From: Camelus dromedarius
Taxonomy: Eukaryota
Assembly (NCBI RefSeq): GCF_036321535.1
Contig: NC_087437.1
Location: 100,008,001-100,072,000, forward strand
Direction: 5' to 3'
Length of the DNA stretch: 64,000 nt
Shown: positions 53,801-64,000 of the stretch, one piece after another
Layout: each line of letters begins with the position of its first letter
Numbering within the stretch: position 1 is the stretch's first letter
Notes under the pieces: generated by a model
What the model was told of the DNA's origin: nothing
Seen by the model: the letters and a program-made list of their open reading frames with translations, nothing else
Database searches by the model: none
Translations under genes and position numbers: made by a program

Positions 53801-54072
53801 TAACATTAGGTAACAGGCTAAAATGAATTCCTTACTTTCATCATCAACTGTGTTCTGCAGTTTTTATAGGATTCAGTGAAAGGTGATCTATGTCATATAA
53901 TTTCATTAGACTGGGTTAGTAAAAGCAGAATATTCAGAAGCTTCTAGAGGTACTCAACCTACACTAAGACCAAAATTCTTCTGTTAGGATCACAACATTA
54001 GAATTTATTATGTAGAATAATCCATCTACTGAGGGGAAATATTTTAATTATCAAAACTATTAAGAAGAGAGG

Positions 54073-54580
54073 TGTATCGGCTTCCTATTGCTGCTGCCAC
54101 GTGATACCACAAACTTAGTGGCTCAAAAACAACACTAATTTATTATCATAGTTGTAAAGGTCAGAAGTCCAATATAAGTTTCATTGGTTAAAATTAAGGT
54201 ACAAGCAAGGCTAGTTCCCTCAAGACTCCAGGAGAAAATTTGTTTCCTTGTCCTTTCCAGCTTCTAGAGGGAACCTACAACCTTTGGCTCGCGGCTCCCT
54301 CTTTCATTTTCATAGTCTGCAGTGTAGTGTCTTCCCTCTTCTCTGACCTCTTCTTCCTTTATCTTCTCTCTCTTACTCTGATTCTACTGCCTCCCTCTTA
54401 AAAGAAGCCTTGTGATTTCACTGGACCCACCCAGATAATCCAGGATGATCTCCCCATGTCAAGATTCTAAAGTTGAGCACATTTATGAAGTCCCTTTTAC
54501 CATGTAAAGTAACATATTCACAGGTTTCTAGGGACTAGGGCATGGACATCATTGGGGGGACCATGTTTTAGCCTCCTGTA
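54073..54580 (-). mobile_element. MLT1C/D-like solo LTR
   Basis: 'accacaaacttagtggctcaaaaacaacac', 'ccttttccagcttctagagg', 'ccagataatccaggatgatctcccc'. Confidence 0.85.
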
Positions 54581-54964
54581 AGGAGTTAATATAAATATTA
54601 AAATCTAAAATCTTCAGAAAATAAAAAGTTTAATCACAAGTATTAGAACCACATTTCTAGAGCATCATGTTCTCTAGGTGATGGAAGAACTCTAAACAGG
54701 ACAAATATGACTAAGTGGAAAGGGTCACAAAAAGGGGGGGAAGGGGCAGGTAAGAGTGGTATTTCTCAGCAAGCTACATCTACCTCCTCCCACTGGCTCT
54801 GTTCTCTTCTTTGACCAATAAATCAGTCAGGATGAGAAACACTGGACATGGTCAACAAAATAGATAATGCTAAGCAGAGAAGAAACAGAACGCATGAACA
54901 ATTCTATCATGAAAAGTGTTTGAGGACATGGCCAACCTAAAGGGGGGGTGAGTTCTATCACTGA

Positions 54965-55327
54965 TCGGGTCTTAATATTTGTGCACCCCACAAATTCACC
55001 TTGAGGTGAATCCTACCCCCAAAGTTGATGGTATTAGGAGGTGGGGCTTTTGCGAGGTGATTAGGTCACAAGGGCAGAGCCTGCATTAATAGGACTAGCG
55101 CCTTCATAAAAGAAACCAGAGAAGGATCTCTTGACCCTTTCACCAAGTGAGGACACAGTGAAAGTGGCCATTTATGAACCAGGAAGCAGGCTCTCACCAG
55201 ACACTCAGCCTGCCCGCACCATGAATTTGAAATTCTAGCCCCCAGAACTGTGAGAAAGAGATGCTTGCTGTTTATAAGCCACTCCATTTATGGTATTTTG
55301 TTATGGCAGCCCAGATGGACTAAAACA
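54965..55327 (+). mobile_element. MLT1A/B-like solo LTR
   Basis: 'atggtattaggaggtggggc', 'ccagaactgtgaga...tgtttataagccac...gcagcccagatggactaaaaca'. Confidence 0.9.
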
Positions 55328-55769
55328 ATCTCCAAGCAATAACAACAATAGTGATAGTAATAGCAATAATAACTACCTTAGATAGTTAATTATTACTTAA
55401 GTCCGTTTGCCATTTGAAAATAGCATTCAAGATGCCCCTGAGCAGAGAATTCTGGTGGACCCAAGATGTGTGGGAGTTCAAGAAGACTGAGTCCAAGTAA
55501 GCACGTGACCTTTACGACTACATGGGAATGTCGACAGCTCTGAGAGGTCACGTTACTCACTCCAACCAGCACTTGCTCATATGCAGAAAGAAAGTAGTAG
55601 TGTCCTCAGGCCCAGAAATGGCACAGGAACACCATCATATCCTTTCTTACTCATGTTGCTTCCCTGTGTTATTTACCACTTGTGCTGGAAATGATCACAT
55701 AGAAGGAAAGGGAAAGGTAGGACCCTTTCCTTCCAATCCTTTCTTATCAGTAAACTGAAAGTAGAGGAT

Positions 55770-56205
55770 ATTGATAGAATGCATGCATATCAAAAAGTGG
55801 TGTGAAACAGTTGAGCTAGTTTTAAGTAGCTTTAAGTAGCACTTCCACCATTCTGGTAGGAATAAAATACATATGCATGTATGGGCTACAAAATATGAAT
55901 TGTGTGATTTTGATGATTCTGCCTGAGAGCTAAATGCTCTCAAATTTGCATTAAAACTGGTATTGCACAAGATGAAGATGAACAGTAAAATTCATGCTAC
56001 TGATTTAAATTTTTAATTTTTCCTGACTTAGAATGATATTAAATAACAAATAAAATTCATCATGACAAGTCAGAGAAACTGTGAAAGGAAGGGGAAAAAA
56101 AACTTTATATGTTAGTACCTTTTGCAGAACTTTTTTCCTGCTTTTTGAACAACGGATGTCGCATTTTCATTTTGCACAGGACCCCACAAATTGTGTATGG
56201 CCCTG
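55770..56205. mobile_element. MER45-family hAT-Tip100 element
   Basis: End 'tttttgaacaa...gcattttcattttgcacaggaccccacaaattgtgtatggccctg'. Confidence 0.65.
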
Positions 56206-58279
56206 CACATCTAGCAGCTAATTGGTTTGAGCATAAGATAATTGGTTTAGAATTGGGTTGCATGAAGATCAAAACCTTGAAGGAATTCAATCGCATTTCT
56301 GCTGTCCTCTCCTGAACATAGTAGCTTAGCTCTAAACAGTCACTGCTTCCCGCATCATGCAGGTCTCAAAGCTTTCTTTGTTCTGCATTAAAACTCTAGG
56401 TAATCTGCCTCTTTCCATACATAAAACATTATGTTCTCTATTCTTATGTTACCTTGACTCTATAACCTTTGGTCTCGAGTCACTAAGCCACAGATTACCC
56501 TCTCTCACGTTAAGATATAAGGCTGGTATGTGTGGCAGGCTGAACCCTGTGCACAAGTGTGTGAATAAATCTTTGTGGTCTTAATTGCAGGTAAGACCAT
56601 GTTAAATTTAACTCCAACAGATGTTCTCTATGAAAATATGATAGCTCGATCATTTTAATAGAAATGTTGACGTTCAAATGTTTCCGTAGTAGAAACTGTA
56701 AACTCCTGAAAACTGACCACAATTTACAAGCTTGCAGTGTTTTACTGGAGTTATTTTTCACCAGTGTTAATGGTGGGAGGGACAATATATGGATTTACTT
56801 CTGAGAAGAATGTTGTGTTGCTTTATGTTTCAAAGCCATGGTTAAAGCCGGCTTTGCCTGGAGCCCTGGACATCTCCACAGTTGCATCAGGGGCCAACAA
56901 AGAGAACTGGATCAAGGATGCCAGTTGAACAGAACTCCAAACCTCTTTCCTACACCACTTTTCCTCCAGGCACAGCAGCTCCTTGTAATAAACTAGACTC
57001 CCGTATAAGCTTTTGTTTGTAGAAGCCATGCTGAGGCTTAAAGGAAAACACAGCGAATAATGAAACTCCCCCATCATTTCACAGAATGACCTGATCTCCA
57101 TAAGACAAAAGGAATCAAAGATAAAATGAACATGAAGAATTTTCTAAACAAGTTTCTTCTTTTAGCAATTATGTTTTATAAGATCACCACTGTGAGATCT
57201 GTTGAAATGTATACATTTTATACTCCTCTCTTCTTAAATGGACACTCTTAACTTATCTTAAAAATTAGAATCATTGGAATCAAATGTAACCGATTGATGT
57301 TCCAGGAAACACTGTACATTACAGGCCATCTGCCCCTTACACTAAAGGGACCCACAAAAGCATAATCTGCAATATTGAGTTAGGGTCTATATTCTGCCTT
57401 TTTCCTGTCAATTTAGTGATATAGCATCATACCCACATTTAATTTATTATAAATTTATTATATCTTTAGTTTACTAATTTAAAACTACATCAATTTGGTG
57501 TTTAAGAGAGAGAAGTAATTTGTAAAGTCTCTATAATTCCAATTCAAATATTCCACTGAATTACTCTGTGCCCCAAGTATTAGATGTAGTCATGTAGGTT
57601 ATATCAAATGAAGGTGTAAATTAACTTTTTGAAGTCCCTAACTATTGACAAAGCAGTTGAAAAATGAAAGTAATGTTACTTTTACCAGACATTTTGTAAG
57701 GCAGGTGATGATGTCTTTTACTATAGCCTCCAGAGCTGTCAGCCATCAGTCACAGACATCCATCCTGCAGGGACACAGATGCACTTAGGACTCCTGACAC
57801 AGTATATGCAAGACAAAGCTCCTGCTTTCCATCTGCTGATGCGGTAAAGGGGGGTTTTCTTACCAGCTAGACATCATAATCCAGCTGAGTGCCAATAAAA
57901 CAAAAGTGTTTTCACATTACTTTTTTCTTCTACTCTTTGAAAAAAACAGTCTACATTGTGAAAACATAGGACCCACATTCCTTCTCATATCAGAGGATGC
58001 TGACAGTCTACCCTGTGATTTGGAGGAATTCCAACAGCACGCTTTGGGACATTTTGATTAGTGTTATCCAAACCAGTGCCAACTGAGAAAAAAAGTCACC
58101 AATCCATTAACAACATTTTTAAAGGATCGTAAACTGGGTGTCAGACTTAAGCTGTGCAAACACTGGATGCTTTATAAACTACTATTTATCATCCCTCTGT
58201 GGTCATAAATAAAAATTGCATTTCCATACTTCTTGATATCAAAGATCTCCAAGTTTTCATGGCTTCTGATTTTTTATAC

Positions 58280-58815
58280 TCTTTATATTGCAAAAGCCAC
58301 ATGTTCTTGTAAGATGTTAGTGAATAAAGGTAAATTAAAAGAAGAAAATAAAGTTTACCAAACACACAGAGATATCTCTACAAATGTTTAACGTGTGTTT
58401 CTTTCTGGTATTTTCCCAATACTTAGTTACATAAATAATTTTTTTCTTAAAAATAAAGAAGCTAAAACACTTAAAATGGTTAAAATGGTAAGTTTTAGGT
58501 TATGTGTTTTTTACCATCGTTGAAACTTTCTAAAAACGAATAAGCCTTTGGTATATACTTGCTATGCAAACTTTTCCCACAATATTGTGAACATTTTTTG
58601 ATATTGCTGTGTCCCTCGATAATATATTTTAATGGATAAATAATATTGTATATTAATAATATATTATAACATATTAGTAAGTTTCCTCTTGATGGGAGTG
58701 ACTCTTGCATAAGGCTGGGATGATCTGCCTCATAGCTCTGTGTTTCAGACACCTTGTTGCTTAGGTTAAATTCCAAAGATAGAGAATTAGTAGATCAAAA
58801 ACTAAGAACCTGACT
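58280..58815 (-). mobile_element. Old L1 fragments, continuing at about 60230-60380
   Basis: 'atatttttaatggataaataatattgtat' and 'aattagtagatcaaa'; later 'catatccttgccagttctggg'. Confidence 0.5.
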
Positions 58816-58834
58816 TTTTTGTAAAAGTTCCTGG

Positions 58835-59380
58835 GTAGATTATATTATTCTTCCCAATTAATTTCCTCCCTTCTGCTAAGAGGATTATTCATACATAGCC
58901 ATGTGACTTATAATGCCTTTCGTGGAAGGAGTAGCTATTCATGTCCCACTGCCACTGAGCATGGACATATGGTTTGCTTTGGCTAAGTGCACAAAGGAAG
59001 GTGTGACCTATACCCCATCCAAGGAGAAGCTTTAAGAGCCATTGCATTTTTACCACAGCTCTTTTCCTCTTTTTCCTCTGACGTTAGAACTGTATGGCCC
59101 AGATGAGGGCTTGGATCCCATCAGCTTGGATTCCAGAATAAGAATGATCCATGCAACAGAGACATGTGGATAGCAGCTACCAGCCCACTGTGGTGACATC
59201 AGTGGCCACAGCACAGCCACAGCCAACAGGAATAGAATGAAGCCCATCACAAAAAAAAAAAAAAAAAAAAAAAAAAAGACGGGTAACATCAGCAAAAAGT
59301 ATGCCTTTGTCCTTATAAGCTACTGAAATGGGGGCATTGCTTGTGACTAACACACTGTAGCAAATGCTGATTGCAATTCA
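58835..59380 (+). mobile_element. MLT1 (I/J-type) LTR containing an A27 run
   Basis: 'catatggtttgctttggc', 'gagaagctttaagagccattgc', 'tataagctactgaaatgggg'. Confidence 0.65.
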
Positions 59381-59420
59381 CAAAGGGCTGCATTTCTCCA
59401 CATTTACCAAGTATCCACAC

Positions 59421-59730
59421 TGTTGTGCCACTCAGGATGAACCCCCAAATTTGATTTTGGTATTGAGATTAATGATGTCATATACACACATGCCAAGAGG
59501 ATATGAAAAGATGCGTCACAGGGTTTGATGGCGGCTACGAGGCAGTGCTGGGGTAAAGGCTCCTGCATGGGCAGGGGCTTGAGTGGTTTGAACTTCCCAT
59601 TGGCTCCAAAGGACGGTGAACCCAGGCTTTCTTATCAGCTTGCCCAGGTGTGGGGCAGAAGGGGAAGAGGGAAGAGAAGAGATGAAAAGCTGCCAGCGAT
59701 CTAACATCAAGAAGTGAGTCAGAACTTTAT
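59421..59730 (-). mobile_element. ERVL LTR fragment (MER54/MER74-like)
   Basis: 'cccaaatttgattttggtattgagattaatgatgtcatatacacac...ccaagaggatatgaaaag'. Confidence 0.45.
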
Positions 59731-59734
59731 GACA

Positions 59735-60222
59735 CACGCTTTTGCAATGTGAACATGCAGCTCCTCTCATTGAGAAGTGAAAGCATTTTCTCCACTCCGG
59801 GAATCGGAGCTGAACTTGTGACTTATTTGGCCAGTATAGTTTGCAGAAGGGACCACAGATTCCAAGCCTAGGTCTCAAGAGGCTTTGCATGCTTCTTCTC
59901 ACTCTCCTAGAATCCTGCTGCAGCATACACGTGAGCAAGCCTGCTGCAGCCAGCTGGGTACAGGGAGCAGAGCCCATTTACTCTGGGCAGGGCCATCCTA
60001 GACGAGCCTGTCATTAGCCAATCCCAGAAACATGAGAGAGTCCGGCCAAGAGCAACAGGGCTACCCCCTACCCCACAGCTGACCACAGATAAGTGACTAA
60101 GACTAACCGAAACTAGTACTTCCCAGCTGACTTGTAGACTTGTGAAGAATAATAAATGTTTATTATTTTAAGCCACTGAATTTTGGTGAAGTTTGTTATA
60201 CAGCAAGAGCTAAATGATACAC
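59735..60222 (+). mobile_element. MLT1G/H-like LTR
   Basis: 'ttgtgacttatttggcca', 'ttccaagcctaggtctcaagaggc'; end 'aagccactgaattttgg...tgttatacagcaagagctaaatgataca'. Confidence 0.8.
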
Positions 60223-62739
60223 TATTTAATATAAACACCTATGGAAATATTTGTATCGACTTGCACTGACGGCAGTAGCATAGTGGGATATTTACAGCAC
60301 CATATCCTTGCCAGTTCTGGGTAATATCATTTTCTAGGATATTTGTCATTTTTTTTGTTGTTTCTTTTTTATTACTAATGTAAACTGATCACTGATAAGG
60401 CAGGTACAGAATATTGAAATAGATTTTCTTTGTTCAGAGACATTATCACCTGAGTGACCTTAGTTAGGCAAGGTTTAAACAAAGAAATATAAACTTTTAT
60501 TTGATTTTGTAAGTCTTCTTTAGTGTTTAATATAAAAATGTGGGCTCATACCACCACCCCTAATAGCCACCCCCACATACACACACACACATACACACAA
60601 ATATCCCCATAAAAGTAATGGATCAATTTCCATAGGAGGAAAGAGACACAGAGGAGGAAAAGTATTGCGAACAAGAACTCTGCTTTCCAAGAATCAAAAT
60701 AAGGAAAAACTGCGAAGTGGACAAGAACTGCCCTATCCAACATCAGATAGTGAGAAAGGAAACTGAAGGGGAAAATAACAAGTTAGAATTTAAGGAAGGG
60801 GAGTTTTGGCTAAGAACCCAGGCCCAATGCAAGGCACTATGAATCCATTATAACAGGAAAAGAGCTGGTCTGGCCTAACTTGTGATCACGGTCTGACATA
60901 TTTCTGAGTCCAGTTACCCAGGCAGGATTTCTTATTCAAGATCAGAAGATGAATCTGTTAATTCGAACAGAAATACGTATTCCTAAGCAGCCCAAGTGAA
61001 GGGCATGATAAACTTCGAGCAACGAGCTCAGCAATGAACTGAGACGTGTCCATCGTAATGAGCCGAATCAGTCTTGGACAGCAGGTTCAGTTGGCAACCT
61101 AAGCAGGACTGGTGCCAGCGGACAGGGCAGATTACCAATTCCTCCCCACCTGGCCTTTAAAAGAGGATTTATGCCCTTGGGATTCAGTAAACTCTGAGGG
61201 TTCTTGGAAAAGTTTGGGTGAAGAAGGCTCAAGAAAAAAATAATTGACATCAATAAAGGCAGGTTAGGGGGGTTGTCTCAAGTAGTTAACTCGAGAGAAA
61301 GAAACAGTGGGCACTTTAAAATGGAGAATCAGTTCATCACACCTAGACTGCAGATTATGATCATTTGTTTAGAATTAACCATCAATAATTCAGCTTTATT
61401 GTTTATCTTTATTCCCTATTTTTTATTAGCATACCTTCTTTCTTAATTGCCATGAAAGTTCTTCTGCAGGTATTAGAATTCTTTTTCTGTTTACATTCTA
61501 CTTTTTAACTCTCATTATCTTCCTTCTTTATGAAATTAATCTCAATCATTTTCTCTTATAATTTGGGAAACAATGCCTCCTATTTTTTCTTTAATTTGTG
61601 GATTTTCACATTTTGCACCCCAAAAAAAGAAAAAAACAGGGCCAGGCAGCAAGCTAAAATTTCATCAGTTTTAATTCCCAAATACATTATTTGACCCTAA
61701 ATGTTGCTAATTCATATTAAGTGACCCAGAAAATGCTCAACTGGCATGGTTCGAAGCCAATGTCTTGATTTATTTATCTGGTTTCCCAGGCCCCTGAACT
61801 TGTGTTAGTTAAGCTCTTAAGGGCATTTCTTTCCCATTTTGGGGTTTGTTTGTTTGTTTTTCATGCCATAGTAAAAATAATAAAATTGAGCAAGTTGACT
61901 TGACTTGTAAGTTACTGGGTCAGGAAAAGCATATCACTCAGAACAAGAGACCTTTTGGCTAGAAGCATAAGAGTTTCTTTTTCTCAATTTTCAAATGTAA
62001 AAAAAATATTATTTTTGATCAGTAGAATTTGCCTTATTAAGCTGGTCCCCAATGTCTAGTTATGTGCCAAGTCTACAAGTTATTTGAAATGACCACAGGT
62101 TAGAATCCATGAAAGGATAGAAAATTACATAAAAATGGAATCATTTATGTATGTATATTAAACCCTGTAACTTTGGAAGCCTTGGTTTGAAATTGCTCTT
62201 TTCTATTTATTTTCCAGTAAAGAATATAAGAAAGATGATGAAATAGTTAGAGCAAACGTGGAAAAACATGATGATGAAATGTTCTCCTCTGTTCTGTATT
62301 TACCTGCCATTTTCTCCAGGATTCTGCAGCTCAGTACAATGTCAGGTCTGCACACATGAAAGCACATTGAAAGACTGGTATTTATCTTGGGATTTAGGGA
62401 TTGGAGGACAGACAGTAGATACTGGCAGAAATGTTTGGCCAACTTAACCCACTTTTCTTTTGATGATCTTGAAAATAAAATAAATAGGATCTTAGAGCCT
62501 CAAATAATTGTAGCTGCCTAAAACTGGATTAACCGAGATTTGGAGAAAACAGAAGGCAAACTCAAATAGCAATCTTGTGATGACCACCCTCCAATTACTC
62601 TACCCTACAGGTGAGATGCCTTGCAAATAACAGGTCCTCAACAAACACCTGTGAACTTGTTAAAGGGGACAGTCACCATATCATTTGGTCAGCCTATTTC
62701 TCATGCATTTCTTCTCTTTCTCCATAATCCAATTCCTCT

Positions 62740-63310
62740 CACAAGTGTGTTTTAAACACCTAGCACAGAACTTTCATCTCAACGATGAGGAATTTTCCTC
62801 AAAATTGAGAAAAAGAGACAATCAAACGACAACTATGTTACTTTGCCACCACAAAAAATCCTTTTCTGCCATCTATACTAAATACCCTGCTCTCTCTTAT
62901 TACAAGTGATGAAGTCTCTTTTCTCTATCCAAAGATATCCTCGACACTTGTGCCCACTCTTCCTGCACAGATGTCAGCTTTCTTTACCCACATGATCAGC
63001 TTTTCCCTGTCTGTGAGAACATTCGCAGTGGCACTCCAATATGCCTTATGTCTGTCTTCCTAAACCCATGCCTCCTTCCACTACAGCACTATTTCTCTCT
63101 CCCCTTCACATATAAGGGTTGGTAATTCATGGCTTCTATTTTCTCAACCCATTCCAACTGGAATCTTCCCCACCACACCCTTTGGATGACCTTGCCAAAG
63201 TCACCTATGACCACTGTCATAAGTGCCTCTTAGTAATATTTGGCATAGGTGATTACTAAGCCACTGCCTCTTAGCAATATTTGGCATAGGTGATTACTCA
63301 TCTCTCCTCA
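62740..63310 (+). mobile_element. L2 fragment
   Basis: 'ttgccaaagtcacctatgacc', 'cctcttagcaatatttggcatagg' within a pyrimidine-rich tract. Confidence 0.55.
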
Positions 63311-64000
63311 TTTGGTAACAAATATGTATTGATTATTTATCCCCAGCAAGCTCTAGTCTAAATGTTGGACATGCAGAAGTGAAAAAAACAGACAAATACC
63401 CCTGCCCCTGAGGAGTTTGCACTCTAATAGGAAACCAAAAGTCAGGCAATATAAAAAAATGTAAAATATGTGCTAGGCTAGATAGTGATGATAGTTAAGA
63501 GGAAATATAAACTAAAAAAAAAAAAAACCAAACAGAAATAAGGAGTATTGGAAAGAGGCTTCAAATGTTAGCTAGGGAAATCAGAACGCTTCTTTCTGAA
63601 AGATGTCATTAAAGCAAAAGCCTGAAGGAGGAATCTGTCATGTGTAGGAAAAGATAATTATAGGCAGAGGGGAAAAAATATTTAAAAGCACATGTAAAGC
63701 CCTGAAGCATAAATGTTATTGGTATGTTTAAGCAAAAGCAAGAAAGCAATCATTAAAAAAAAAAAAAGATGGAGCAAGATGGATAGAGGATGTAAGAGAT
63801 GACGTCAGTGAGGAAACTGACAGCCAGACTGTAGTAAGTAGTCTGTTTTTTATTCCAAGTGAGATGAAAAGCTACTGGAAGACTTTAAGCAGTAGATTGG
63901 ATCTGATCTGTAGTCAACAGAATGGCTCCAGCTGTTTGTTGTGACTAAGTGTAGAGGGGCAAAGGCAAAAGCAGGGAGACCATGAGGGCACTACTACAAC
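63310..64000 (-). mobile_element. L2 3' end
   Basis: 'aacaaatatgtattga', 'acagacaaatacccctgcccctgaggagttt', 'ctactggaagactttaagcag'. Confidence 0.75.

Noticed and set aside
63224..63298. CRISPR-like repeat-spacer-repeat
   Set aside because: Only two copies, a 7-nt spacer, inside an L2 in mammalian DNA, and no cas genes

Overview
Mammalian non-coding, AT-rich, CpG-depleted DNA, most likely camelid (alpaca, llama or camel). That inference rests on two tRNA-derived SINEs of the camelid Vic-1 type and a young L1 with a camelid-style 3' UTR. Much of the window is interspersed repeats: L1 of several ages, a near-complete Tigger1 fossil, many MaLR/ERVL solo LTRs, MIR, L2, hAT and mariner MITEs, and microsatellites. 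I recognise no host protein-coding gene, intact RNA gene, CRISPR array or other prokaryote-type system. The ORFs I can assign are L1 or Tigger1 remnants or microsatellite artefacts; the rest look like chance ORFs. The best observations are retrotransposition footprints: a scrambled L1 with a foreign poly(A)-tailed filler, a ~12-14-nt twin-priming micro-inversion, a SINE with its A box deleted, and a young L1 with a perfect TSD. More speculative are CpG-retaining patches, motif clusters and exon-like splice signals that may mark enhancers or unannotated transcripts. I found no convincing novel biological system. Repeat family names come from recalled consensus similarity, and boundaries of old repeats are approximate.
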